This document shows positions 26,555 through 39,554 of a DNA stretch of 64,000 nucleotides, in pieces. The DNA lies in the NCBI GenBank assembly GCA_964016885.1, contig OZ024747.1:23746001-23810000 (forward strand), written 5' to 3'. The translations under genes and the position numbers were made by a program. Each line of letters starts with the position of its first letter. Position 1 is the stretch's first letter. The stretch is from Eledone cirrhosa. Taxonomy: Eukaryota. The notes under the pieces were generated by a model. That model was not told the DNA's origin. It did not search any database and worked only from the letters and a program-made list of their open reading frames with translations.

Positions 26555-27385
26555 CACAAGAAGTTGTGTGGACTGTCTCACAGGAGTGGAGTAAGACTGT
26601 CTCACAGGAGTTGAGTAGGACTGTCTCACAGGAGTTGAGTAGGACTGTCTCACAGGAGTGGAGTAAGACTGTCTCACAGGAGTTGAGTAGGACTGTCTCA
26701 CAGGAGTGGAGTAGGACTGTCTCACAGGAGTGGAATAAGACTGTCTCACGGGAGTTGAGTAGGACTGTCTCACAGGAGTTGAGTAGGACTGTCTCACAGG
26801 AGTTGAGTAGGACTGTCTCACAGGAGTGGAGTAAGACTGTCTCACAGGAGTTGAGTAAGACTGTCTCACAGGAGTTGAGTAGGACTGTCTCACAGGAGTG
26901 TAGTAAGACTGTCTCACAGGAGTTGAGTAAGACTGTCTCACAGAAGTTGAGTAGGACTGTCCCACAGGAGTTATGTAGGACTATCTCATCACAGGGTGTT
27001 GAGTATGACTGTCTCATCACAGGGTGTTGAGTAGGACTGTCTCATCACAGGATGTTGAGTAGGACTGTCTCACAGGAGTTGAGTAAGACTGTCTCACAGG
27101 AGTTATGTAGGACTATCTCATCACAGGGTGTTGAGTATGACTGTCTCATTACAGGGTGTTGAGTAGGACCATCTCATCACAGTGTGTTGAGTAAGACTGT
27201 CTCACAGTAGGTGAGTAGGATGTTCTCATCACAGAGTGTTGAGTAGGACTGTCTCACAACAGTTGAGTAGGACTGTCTCACAGGGAGTTGTGTAAGACTG
27301 TCCCACAACAGTTGAGTATGACTGTCTCACAGGAGTTGAGTCTGACTGTCTCAGTAGTTGTGTGGACTGTCCCACTAGTGAACTC
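26555..27385. repeat. 24-bp minisatellite (GACTGTCTCACAGGAGTTGAGTAG) with 28-bp variants in its right part
   Basis: About 17 regular 24-bp units from 26571, then interspersed GACTGTCTCATCACAGGGTGTTGAGTAG units. Confidence 0.95.
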
Positions 27386-27816
27386 CTGGGGGAGGGGAGG
27401 AGGGTTTCTTTTAAAGTAGACTGCTGCTCTGTTAGCAACTTCATAGTTTCCTTCCATCTTACGGAGATAGATCCAGCTGGACAAATATTCTGGTATATCA
27501 TTATTCTTTATAGTGGATTGGCAGTATTGGTAGAGGGTCGGACGCCATGCTTTGACATATAGAGTTACGGCCCTTGCTATTCTGAGTTCAAATCTCGCCG
27601 AGGTTAACTTTACCTTTCATCCTTATGGGGTTGATAAAATAAAGTACCAGTAATGCACTGGGTAATTGCTGGCCTTGTGCCTAACGTAGAAATAATTATT
27701 CTTTATAACTGGTAAAGTATGGAGTTACAGAAGACATAGACTCAGTATTTTAAGCTGCTGATTGTAGCACTCTACCACTGAGCTACTGATCATCTACAGG
27801 ATCCACTATGGATATA

Positions 27817-27897
27817 TATACAGGGTGTCCCCCAAAAATGTATACATACTTCAACAACATTCTAATAAAAGTATGTATACATTTTTGGGACACCCTG

Positions 27898-27946
<49 letters not shown>

Positions 27947-27992
27947 GGTGTCCCAAAAATGTATACATACTTTTATTAGAATGTTGTTGAAG

Positions 27993-27998
<6 letters not shown>
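27817..27998. mobile_element. Tiny palindromic Tc1-type MITE plus inverted partial copy in (TA)n; relative at ~59990..60070
   Basis: TACAGGGTGTCCC..AAAATGTATACATACTT...AAGTATGTATACATTTTTGGGACACCCTGTA. Confidence 0.75.
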
Positions 27999-28045
<47 letters not shown>

Positions 28046-28180
28046 CCAATAGCAATGATGCTGTTATATGTTCATGTGAATATTATCACTACTTCTTCAT
28101 ATGAGTGATAATATTATTTAAATTTGAGTTGATGTGGTCTGTAAAAAAGAAGACTAGATGAATAGCTATTGCAGTATTAA

Positions 28181-28391
28181 CCCTTTAGCATTTAAGCCAG
28201 CCATATCCAGCCATAATTTTCTCACCTCTTTCTGTTTAAACTGGCCATAACCAGCTGCTCATATTTATGCTAAGGTATTGTTCTCAAAATAAATAATATC
28301 AAAAATCTCATAGATTCGGTATTATGTGAGATAAAGCCTTTACTGTGAAAATACAATAGTATATATATAGAGTAATGTAAATGCTAAAGGG
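28181..28391. mobile_element. piggyBac-type MITE (copies 549..766, 17682..17902, 30375..30595, tandem ~36232..36629, split 39418..40856)
   Basis: TTAA-CCCTTTAGCATTTA...TAAATGCTAAAGGG-TTAA: 14-bp TIR and TTAA target site. Confidence 0.85.
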
Positions 28392-28917
28392 TTAAAGTAA
28401 ATGAACAGGTGATGCATGCTTCTGTGTTTGTATGTGAGTGTTTGCAAACTCTTATTATAATTATATTCACTGGGTGTATATATATATATAGGGATAATAT
28501 TTTATGGGATGAGACAAGAGTTAGCCTCATTGTAAATGGTGCCTTAAATTATAGTGTCTTTGAGACTTTAGATGTGACATTAAGTACAAATTTATGAAAG
28601 AAACTGAAGATCTCATGGATTTATTTTGAAGTGTTTTTTGCTATTTGAATCTAGCAAACTTTACTTTAATTAAATAGTAATCACAAATCAATAATTTCCT
28701 AGACACCTGGGTTATGAATAGTGAATCTTTATCTCACAGAAGGCATTACATAGTGTTTCTGGATAAGGTAGTAGGGTTTCTATTTGCTTTGTAACCAAAG
28801 TAGTTCCAGATATATTCATGTATTCTCTTCTGAATAGATAGTACTGGTGATACTAAATGGAGCATTTTCCATGTCATGCAAAACTTGTGCAATGAAAGTG
28901 CACACAACAGTTTAAAG

Positions 28918-29258
28918 CATAGGTTTTCAAAGTGGGTGCTACTGGCCCTGGCGTGGGGTGGGGTTGAGAAGGTCCTGGGGGATGGTGAGGCCTCAGGGGC
29001 CGTAGAGATGATATAATAGTATATTAAATATCAAATGAGACATTTATATATAAATATAGTAAAATAAAAAATATATAATATTTATTTATACATAGTATAT
29101 ATTATATTATTTATTATATGTAAATTAACGATTTTATTTATTAGATATTGTTTACAATTTGCATGTAGGTAGGTCTCTCTGGAAATAGGGGGGGGGGGCT
29201 CGGGGTGTTACGTGGCCGTGAGGCGTGGCAGTGGTCCCCAAAAGTTTGAAAAACTCTG
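28918..29258. mobile_element. Old hAT-type MITE
   Basis: Degenerate TIRs (TTTTCAAA / TTTGAAAA); TSD GTTTAAAG/GTTTAAAC. Confidence 0.6.
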
Positions 29259-30760
29259 GTTTAAACAAACAAATAAAAGATATAGTCATTAACATGAAAT
29301 ATCTCGTCTAATATAACAAAGTCAAAAGCTGTAGTAGTTATTATGACTTGTAAACTGTTATGTTTCATTAATAAATGCTTATAACGATTCTAACAACTGT
29401 TCAAATGATGAAAATAACAATTAAATTGAGGAGAGAGTTTTTACTGAACAAGGTTTTATACTTCATAGTATTTACAAAAGTAGTTCTAAAAAAACAAAAT
29501 ATTTGTCACATGTTTGTTGACTAAGGAACTCACTGAAATCCCATATCTACCCACTTATATGTAGTGAACCATGGGGTAATTGTGCGGTGAACCTCGGAGT
29601 AATCAAGCAGTTCCTTTAAAATCACTTAAAAATACTTCTAAAATATTTATGAAGAAACATTCCATAATAAGCCTATCATTTAGAAAATTGTTGTATATAT
29701 ATTAAATTATTTATAACAACTTGATGACTTTTCTTTTGATCTGAGTCAGTAAACTAGTTGTTAAGTTTCCTAGAATAATAAAAAGTTTTCCTAAGAGGTG
29801 ATTTTTTCTTTTCTTGTGACATGTGCTTTTTTGATATTTATACATGTTTTCTTTTGTTGGCTTGGGTTGAATGGTTCTGTAAAGGCAAAGATTCATCGAA
29901 TTTGTTGTGAATCTGAGTATTTTATAACAAGATCACTATCCCAATGCCACTCACACAGCCTTCAAAAAAAAAAAAGAAAGAAAAAATAGAGGTATTATAA
30001 AGGTACCTCTTTCCCCATGCTCACATTAAGTAAACTGAAACTTATCAGTTTAAAAAAGAAAAACGTCCAGATTATTTTTTATTCATTTTGAAATATAGTA
30101 AAAGTTGATGTAAAAAATACTTCTATAAAAAATAAAATGTAGCATAAACTTTAGACTTTGTGTCGATCATTGTGTAAGTATATTGAACATGTTCTCCCTT
30201 CAACACCCCACCAAGAGAAACATTAGAAAAAAAAAAGATGAAAAAGTCTTGGTAATGAAAATATAATTTGTCAGTATATGCTCAATATTTAGATGATTAC
30301 TCTCAAGCTGAGAAAGGCTTAGGAAAAAAATAATAATAATAACATTTGTGATTGCTAATTATTTCATGGATTAACCCTTTAGCATTTAAACCAGCCGTAT
30401 CCGGCCAGAATTCTCTCAACTCTTTCTGTTCAAACTGGCCATAACTGGCCAGTCATACAGACATTACGGTATTTTTCTCAAAATAAATAACATCAAAATC
30501 TCATAGATTCAATATTATGTGAGATTATTTTGCAAGATAAAGCCTTTACCACAAAAATACAATAGTAAATATAGAGTAATGTAAATGCTAAAGGGTTAAG
30601 GGCAGTGGATTGGAAGAATCATTAGAGCATTGAACAAAAAGCTTTGCAGCATTTAGTTACAGGTCTTTATGTTTTGATTTCAAATCACACTGAGGTTAAC
30701 TTTGTCTTACATTTTTCTGTGGGTCTATAAAATAAGGTACCAATAAAGTACTGGGGGTCG

Positions 30761-33298
30761 ATCATCATCATCATCATCATCATCACCGTTTTACGTCCGT
30801 TCTTCCACGCTAGCATGGGTTAGACGGGTTGTCCTGTTGTGGGCAGTGTCTGGTCGGCTGACCATGCCTTGCTCATACAGGAACTGATCTGGCTTGATTT
30901 CTACAGCTGGATGCCCTTCCTAACACCAACCTCATTTACAGTGAGTGCTGGGTGCTTTTTCGTGGCGCCTACACGTCCACTTTACAGTGTGGGCTGGGTG
31001 CTTTTTTGCCGTGGCACCTCCACGACCACCTTGCAGTGGGGGGAGTGGGGGCATATTGTTTATATGCTTCAGCATGTACCCATGGGAGGTCGGGTACCCT
31101 GTATTACTGCGTGACGCCAGAAGTCACGGTCGTGTGTCATTGACTTTGAGAGGTGTAGTTGGGTAAGGTCGGCTTTTATCACCTCATCCCAAGTCATCTT
31201 GGGTCTCCCCACTCCACGGTTTCCATCAACTTCTAGTGCTCTGCACCTTTTTATGCAGCTGTCATCCTTCATACGCATCACATGTCCATACCAGCGTAAC
31301 CGCCTCTCCTGCACGCAGCATTTGATTCCTCTTATGCTCAGTCTCTCTCTCAATTCCTTTATGCTTTGTCGTTCACATATATTACTGTTACACATCCATC
31401 AGAGCATGCAGGCTTCGTTTCTCTCTAATCTACGTAAGTCTTCCACCTTCAGCGCCCAGGTCTCACTACCATGCAACATCGCTGTTCGGATACACGCATC
31501 ATACAGTCTGCCTTTCATTCTGAGGGAGAAGCCTTTTGCAGCTAGCAGTGGTAGTAGTTCCCTAAACTTCTTCCATCCCGTTCTTACCCTAGTTATTGTA
31601 CCTTCTGAACACCCACCTCCGTTGCTAATTCGGTCACCTAGGTAGCAGAAGCTGTCTACTGTTTCTACAGGGCCCTCCCAGAGATTGGTGGTACTTGTTT
31701 CCTGTGGCTGTTTGCTTGCTGTTTCAGCACAGCTGCTGCATGTGAATCCTACATTCTTAATTAAGCTTCCTGAGATCCCGCTACATCTCTTGTGTACCCA
31801 TTGTTTGCATTTGGGGCAGAGAATGGAGTTCCTACCTACACCTTTCCTACATACTGAGCAAGGCCATTTCCCTGAGGGGATCTGGGTTCTGTTTTCTCGT
31901 CTACTTACAAGGACCTTAGTCTTTGTCATGTTGACTTTGAGGGCCCTTTCTCTCTAGTCCCTGCTTCCAGGTTTGGAATTTATTCTCTAGTTCTACCATA
32001 GATTCAGCTATGAGTGCGAGGTCATCAGCATACAGGAGTTCCCATGGGCATCCGGTCTTAAACTCCTCCGTTATTGCCTGCAGGACTATGATGAACAGGA
32101 GAGGGCTAAGAACAGAGCCCTGGTGGACCCCAACCCGTACGCTAAATTCCTCGCTATACTCATTGCTAATCCTAACTTTGCTGACTGCTCCCTTATACAT
32201 GGCTTGTACCGCTTTCACAAGCCATTCATCTACTCCTAGTTTTCTAAGAGCCCACCAGATTACTGCACGTGGAACTCTGTCAAAGCCTTTCTCAAGGTCG
32301 ACAAATGCCAAGTAGAGTGGCTTACTTTTAGCTAGGTACTTTTCCTGTAATTGCCTCACAAGGAAGAGGGCATCAGTGGTGCCTTTCCCTGGTACAGACC
32401 CAAATTGCATCTCGTCTATTTTCACCCGGTCCCTAATCAGCTGTGCTATAACTCTTTCTGTTACTTTCATGACCTGGTCCATCAACTTTATACCTCTATA
32501 GTTTCCTCTATCTAGTGCATCGCCTTTACCTTTGTAGCAGTTGACAATGATGCTACTGCACCAATCTTTTGGTATGGCCCCTTCTAGTATTACCTGGTTA
32601 ACGATACGTGTGGTTATAGTGTGACCTACAGACCCAGATGCCTTCAGCATCTCGGCAGCTATACCCGATGGACCGGTTGCCTTCCCTATCTTCATATCTC
32701 TGATTGCCTTACTTACTACGCTGCCGCTGACTTGTACTGCTGGTCCCTCTATAGGGTCTACGTGGGGTAGGGTCTCTTCTTCCCATGCATTCTCCTCATT
32801 TAGTAATCTATCATAATGACTCTTCCATGCATCTTTCTTCTCAGCACTTGTGAGGGCAAGCTCACCTTTATCATTCCGGATACACTTCTCTCCAATGACA
32901 TCACAACTATCTCTGACACACTGCCTCGCAATCTTGAATACCTCCTGTTTCTGGTCCTCATGTTCTAAAACATGCTTGAATTTTCTATCCTCTGCTTCCC
33001 TCCTAGCTAAGTATACTTGTCGCCTAGCTTCCCTCTTGGTCTCTATGTAATGTACCCTGCTCCCCCCGTTCTTCCATTCTTTCCATGCCTGTCTCTTGGC
33101 CTTGACTGCTTCATCTACCTTATTGTTCCACCACCAAGTCACTCTCCTCCTGCTTGAGGTCTTACTCCAGCCACAAACCTCATCCGTCGCCTCTAGTAAG
33201 TTATTTTTTAGGAACTCCCAGTTCTCTTCTACGTTAAATGTCTCTATCTGTTCTTCTTTACTGTCGTAGGCGTTGAGTAAAATATCTTTAAATCTGTT
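30761..33298 (-). mobile_element. RTE-clade LINE, family A, second 5'-truncated copy, disabled
   Basis: Nearly identical to 9108..11642. One-base insertion near 31942 and a CGA->TGA stop at 31396-31398 split the ORF into three. Confidence 0.95.
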
Positions 33299-33569
33299 TG
33301 CAAATTACTGGCCTTATACCTAAATTAGGGAAGGTTATTAGATGGTGGTGGATTGGTAGAGCTTTGGATAAAAATGCCATTGTGGTATTTGTTCTAGCTC
33401 TTTACATTCTTAATTCAAATCCTGCTGAAGTCAGCTTTATTTTTCATCCTTTTGTGAGACAATAAACTAAAGTACTAGTCGAGTACTAGTGTCAATATCA
33501 CCGACTTTATTCTCTTCCAGAATACTGGCTTTGTGCCTAAATTAGAAATCAATATTGTTGTTGTTGTCT

Positions 33570-34045
33570 TGGAGTCCCATCATTGATGCTATTTAACTGG
33601 AAAGTTTGTTCAAATGAACATCAAACTGCTACCTGCAGCCTCAGATATTCAAGACCTATTGAAGGGTTCTTGCTGTTCCCAAAAAAGGGGGCTGAACTAA
33701 TGTTCTTTAACCATCCTTGAAAACTCTTCGAGATAGAACCTAGTGCTCCTATGACAATCGGGATTACCTTGATCTAATGACAGTCCTAAAGCCTTTTTAA
33801 TTCTCACTTTAAATCCTGGAGTCAGTTTATTTTCTCCTCCATTTCTTGCACTGTTATGTCAAAGGGGCAATCTACATCTACAATCAGGCACAATCTTTTT
33901 TCCTTGTCAAAAACCACCAAGTCAGGCCTATTGTGTTCTAATGTCTTGTCTGTCTGTATCCTGAAATCCCATAGCACCTTCACTCGATCGTTTTCTATCA
34001 CTGACTCTGGCTTATGCTCATACCACTTCTCAGAATGTGGTAAAT
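33570..34045 (-). mobile_element. R4/Dong-clade non-LTR element, C-terminal RLE fragment (pseudogenised)
   Basis: Hand translation: WYEHKPESVIENDRVKVLWDFRIQTDKTLEHNRPDLVVFDKEKRLCLIVDV, later LGTAR, with frameshifts. Confidence 0.8.
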
Positions 34046-34659
34046 TATTATTATTTTAATTATTAAGAGCATTACATTCTGAGTTCAAATTCTGCCGAGG
34101 TTAGCTTTGCTTTTAATCCATACAGGTGTCAATAAATAAAGTATCACTAATGTACAGGAGTCGATTTAATCAACTTTCCCTTCTCCCTACTTTGCTGGCC
34201 TTGTGCCTATAGTAGAAATCATTATTATTATTATCATTGAGTAAAAATTCCAATTCATGACTCTAGTACCAGGTACTGTGTCATGTCATGATTAATTATG
34301 GAAATATACTTGTCATTATTATCATCATCATTATCTTGATTTCTTAATATCAAATTTGCTGATTTGTTTTACTGCTGTATTGTTCATTTCTGACTGTTAT
34401 CTATCCATGAAAGCCCTTCTATATTTCCCACTGTTGCTGTTGTTTCTATATAAAATTTTCATTTTGTAATTTAAAAAAAAATCACAAATCAGGGATGTAG
34501 CTAGAGTCTGTGCCGCCCAGGGCAACCCTTTGGTTTGCCACCCCTGGGCCCCCACAAAAAATACATATTGCTCAGTGACTCACTCTTAAAATTATATATA
34601 TATATAGTGAAATAAAATAACAAGGACGATTGGTTACTCCTTCATTACATTTATTGGTT

Positions 34660-34744
34660 GGTGACGCACGTTTCACCACTGATCAGCTCAAGGTTCGATC
34701 TGTATCGATCTGACCCGACTCAGTAATCCGCGGCTCGTCAGACC
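34660..34744 (-). ncRNA. Type I hammerhead ribozyme motif in a short pLTR-like fragment (~34605..34800) between (TA)n tracts
   Basis: GGT-CTGACGA-[GCCGC...GTGGT]-GAA-ACGTGCGT-C-ACC; GUC cleavage triplet. Confidence 0.75.
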
Positions 34745-35247
34745 CCTTGTAATGGTAACGAGTGAACCTACTGTAACTCCAAATTACACTCCCTGAATAT
34801 ATATATATATATATATATATTTACTAGTCTGTGTATAATCATAATATTATGCTGCTGCATTAAAAGAACACCTATAGCCTACACCAGACCCAAAAGTGCT
34901 GACCTTGGAAAGATTTGAATTCAGATCATAAAGGGATGTAACTAAATGCTGCACAGCATTTTGTCCAAGACTCTAATGATTTCAGTAATCCACTGCCCTC
35001 TTTTTAAAGTATTTCTCAGATGTCAGATGAGTTTGTTAACCATTATACTAAAGATCCACTGGCCATCTATATAGAAAATAATTGTTTCTACGTTAGGCAC
35101 AAGGCCAGCAATTACCCAGTGTATTACTGGTACTTTATTTTATCGACCCCGTAAGGATGAAAGGCAAAGTTAACCTCGGCAGAAAATAATGATTTCTAAA
35201 TTAAGCAACAAGGGGAAAGTTGATTACTTCAACTTATTTTATTTTTT

Positions 35248-35450
35248 CATGGTGAGGGCTTGTGTGTTCCGTAAATCCGAGAGAGCATTACCATCTGGAG
35301 CTTTGCTCCTGGTAGGGCCACCCTAGGCAGGCCGGTCTCCCAAGGAAGTTCCAGACCAACAGTGACCAGTGGCTAGTCAGCTCACCACCAAGATGTCAAC
35401 CCCATCATCCGAGTAGTATGCGGAGGGCCAACAACCCGCCCAGAAGAACT
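35248..35450 (+). mobile_element. Isolated RTE-type 5' UTR fragment
   Basis: GGTGAGGGCTTGTGTG...GAGC...AGGGCCACCCTAGGC...GGTC...CCAGAC resembles the conserved BovB/Expander 5' leader, from memory. Confidence 0.5.
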
Positions 35451-37371
35451 CCAGTAGGATGAAAGGCAAAATTGATCTTGGCGGGATTTGAACTCAGAAA
35501 CTAGAAAGTTATAATGAAACACCACAAAGTATTTTGTACGACAATTCACTGATACTGTCAATCCATTGCCCTATTTAAATATCAAACAACAAAAAATGGG
35601 AAATAATTACCTAGCAACGCTATCTTGAATTGTTAGAGTACTTATTCTATTGATAATTATCAATAGATTATAATCTATTGAAAGTTGAATGCAGCAGGAT
35701 TTGAATTCAGAAGGGCTGTAATTAGGTGCTCTTAGGATTCCGCCAATCCACAACCCTCAACCCATATAATAAAATATATTTCCTTATTTATTAATTGTGA
35801 AAAATTCTCAAGAGACAAACCTGATTCATATATAATCATCGTTATTTTTTGGTGGATTGGAGTTCAAACTCCACTGAGGTTAACTTTGCCTGTATTCCTT
35901 CTCAGGTCAAATATTTTTGTTCTTTGTTCTTGTTTTGAGAATAAACATTAGTAATGTCAAGAATTCAAGGAAAATATTTCAGGACATTTTTTATAAACTC
36001 TATTTTCTAAATATGAGGGTGCACCATTGAAAATTAGGTGAACAGTGCCATCCAGTGCCCCTTCACTGGCAACAGGCCTGATTTTTTTTATCCTCAATTC
36101 ACATATTGCTTGTAGGCTGGAGGATAAAAAGAGGCAATCACAAGAAAATCGAAGAAAAAAAACCCACACAAAAGTAAAATATCTTGTAGACAGGAAATGT
36201 AAAACTGCTTACTATGCTAGTCCTGCTTTAACTTTTTAACATTTAAACTGGCCATATCCTCCCAGAATTCTCTCACCTCTTTCTGTTCAAACTGGCTGCT
36301 CATACTGATGTTAAGTTATTGTTCTCAAAATAAATAATATCAAAATCTCATAGATTCGATATGTGAGATAAAGTCTTTACTGTGAAAATATAATAGTAGA
36401 TATAGAGTAATTTAAATACTAAAGATGTTCAAACCGGCCAGAATTCTCTACTTCTTTCTGTTGAAACTGACTGTAACTGGTCGCTCAAACTGATGTTAAG
36501 GTATTGTTCTCAAAATAAATACTTTCAAAATCTCATAGATTCGATATTATGTGAGATAATTATGTGAGGTAAAGCCTTTACCATGAAAATATAATAGTAA
36601 TTATAGAGTAATGTGAATGCTAAAGGGTTAAATGTCACTGTTATCTTGTAGCATAATCAACGAACCTTAGTCACTCAAACTCTGGCCAGAAATTTCTCAG
36701 TTCTATAAGAGTTCATCAAAATATGTCCACTAGCTACCATAACCAATCAAGAATGAGACTGTGTATTAATCTCTTCCACTCACATGACATCGTTTCTCCT
36801 GATACTTCCAGAATGCCACCAGGAAAAACAGTTATGTCCCTGTTCTCTTCTATTCACCTAATGTTATACCTGCTGCTTCTGGCACATCACTCACATCACT
36901 CATAATCCCAAAAGAAATAATTTTGATTATATTTTTTTCAGCTTCATCTACTGATATTTTTACAAAAAATGTAAGTTGTTTGACCTGTTTCATTCTGGTT
37001 AGAGATCTTTGCATCTAGGTTGAAAATTGCCTTTCCTTATTGTGAAGCCAATAAAATATATATCAGACAAAGTTCTGGTGTTGATATAATTGACTAAACT
37101 CTTTAAAGGTGGTACTCATGTATGGTCATAGTTCAATAACTAAAACATGTAAAAATCATATGAATATCAAAAGAATATGTTTTAATGTTTTTATTGAACA
37201 CTCGAGTCAATATAAGCTGTTGTAATCAATAAATGTTAAAAAAAAAAATACTATTATTAACCCTTTCATTAATATATTTCTCAATTGATTTTGAAAATAA
37301 CCAGAAATTGGGAGGAATTCAATAAAATACCGTTTTTCATTAGTAAGCTGGTATTTAGAATATTACTTCAC

Positions 37372-37947
37372 ACTAGCAGAAAAACCACCCTTCGGTTGTG
37401 TTTCTGCTAGCATGTGTACCGTGCATATTGATATACGTAAATATACATGCATGTAGATATGATACGTCAAATGAAATCGTAATTGACAATATGCACAAAA
37501 ATTGAACGAAGTGTTACACTCTCTTCTGTAATCAGTAAAGTAATCCATGATACATTGAAAAAAGATGATATTATATATAAACTGCATATATAATAAACTA
37601 AAATGTTAATAAAACGAAAAAGGAGAAAATTAGCAACAGAAAGATAAACCCTATATAACGATGCAAATATATGAACGTTTATATAAGTGATGTGATAAGT
37701 GTTATAATATAACGGACATTAACTGGAAGTGTTGACATTTGAAAATTTTAAAGAAATGAATATTAAAATAAGAAATACTTTATATATAAGAATATTTATG
37801 TTTAATCAAGAGCTACGAAATTTAGTAGATAAATTACATAATATTCATTCATTATTTATTTAAAGTAATTCAACTTATTTTACTAACGGGATAAAAAAAT
37901 ATAAAATGGACGCTGTCCCACACTCCTCCCTATATTATACTATAGAT
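37372..37947 (-). mobile_element. Helitron-like element
   Basis: Minus strand starts TCTATAGTATAATA and ends in a hairpin closed by CTAG. Confidence 0.45.
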
Positions 37948-38221
37948 TTCTAAAATAATATTATGATGGAAGGTTTTAATATAGGTAAAAGTATTTTACA
38001 ATGAGCAGTTTTCTATTGTAAATCCAGTGCAGTTTAGTATCAAGAGAGTTAACTTAAGAAAATTTAGCAAATAATAGTCTATGCTTTCAAAAGTTTAAAC
38101 AAATATTTATTTCTAAGATTACTACAAAAAATTATCTATTTATATTTTCCTTCCATAATTTATTCCAGAAATTTAGGTCTGAATTTGATAAAGAATCTCT
38201 TATGTTTGAATTATATAAAAT

Positions 38222-38750
38222 ACTAGCAGTAAAGCCCGGCGTTGCTCGGGGTCGCTCAGTAGCTGTGTTAAAGTTACAATGTTAAGTTTCTTTTTTGGCT
38301 TAAAAACTGTAGTGTCTACTGTGCAGACTTGCATGTGGTGTTTTTGATTAATATTCCCTCAACCAACAATATGCCTTATGAAGTTAAGAAAACATAACGA
38401 TAACCCGAATGTTATAACAAAAGAGGATGCTGGGGATAAAAACTGCACTGGTTATTTATTAACAAAGATCGAAAATGTAAACACTGCAACGCAGAGAAAA
38501 ACAACGTAAGACGCTCAATGTAAACAGAACAAAGGGAAATAACTCGTCACTTACGCTCAAAAATCGATACATTAGATTCGATTTCGTCACATAGGGTGGG
38601 TCAATTTGAAATATTTTTTTCCGATGTCTTCGCTAGGGCTCAATGTACAAGTATAGCAATTTCGGTGCAATTCTGTCAGAGATTCTAAGAGGAGATGTGT
38701 GCCAAAAATCGATAGACAGACAGACAACCACAGTTTTATATATATAGATA
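38222..38750 (-). mobile_element. Non-autonomous Helitron-like element
   Basis: Minus strand starts TCTATATATATAAAA...(CTGT)n and ends with a GC hairpin (CCGAGCAACGCCGGG) followed by CTAG-T. Confidence 0.7.
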
Positions 38751-39112
38751 GATTAACCCTTTCATTACCATATTTCTAATAAAAGACACTGCCAATGATT
38801 TTCAAATCATTTTGAAGATAATCAAGAATTTGGGGAGAGGTTTACTTATTTAACATTCTCATTATTAAAATGTTGTTTAAAACAACTTTACAAAGCTTCC
38901 TATATAAAATCTTGACAGAAGGTTTTTATATATATATATATAAACATTTTAAAACAAACAGCAGTTTCAGACAGTTTGGTATCAAAAAGGTTATAGTGAT
39001 GGATATAGACAACTGGTCTAAAATACTTTTATTTATTTGTTTCAAATTTCAAAGTTCAGGATGAACTTTGTTTTTCATACATGTGTGTGTTAATAATTGA
39101 GTACTAGTCATT

Positions 39113-39290
39113 AATGTTTCTACTTTTAGCACAAGTCGAGCAATTACCCCAGTGCTTTACTTATCAACCCTGTCAGGATGAAAGGCAAAGCTAACCGTAG
39201 CGGAATTTGAACTCAGAACGTAAAGGGCCATAACTCTATGCTGCAAAGCACGGTGTCTGACGCTCTAGCGATACTGCCAAACCACCGCCC
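39113..39290 (-). mobile_element. Short abundant SINE-like repeat, representative copy (others ~2755..3120, 19790..19985, 27512..27700, 30600..30760, 33340..33555, 34070..34225, 35080..35180, 42035..42135, 57260..57360, 58268..58400, 63090..63270)
   Basis: Recurrent GAGTTCAAATCC (B-box-like), GAGGTTAACTTTGCCTTTCATCC, ATAAAGTACCAG and GCTGGCCTTGTGCC. Confidence 0.8.
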
Positions 39291-39554
39291 TAGTACTAGT
39301 AATTAATGTTAGTTCATTAATTATCAAATATGTATATAGAACAAGATAATAAATCATTATAAGGATAAATAAAAAATATCCAAATAAGAAATAGAAGCAA
39401 CAAGCATTACATATAGTTCTTTAGCATTTACATTACTCTATATTTACTATTATATTTTAAGGTAAAGGCTTTACCTCACATAATTATCTCACATAACATT
39501 TACATTACTCTATATTATACTATTATATTTACATGGTAAATGCTTTACCTCACA

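Noticed and set aside
26555-27385. CRISPR-like array
   Set aside because: Units are directly adjacent with no unique spacers, there are no cas genes, and the context is eukaryotic.
27725-27792. tRNA-like sequence on - (GTAGCTCAGTGGTAGAG)
   Set aside because: Only the D-arm/A-box is recognisable; no T-arm or acceptor stem.
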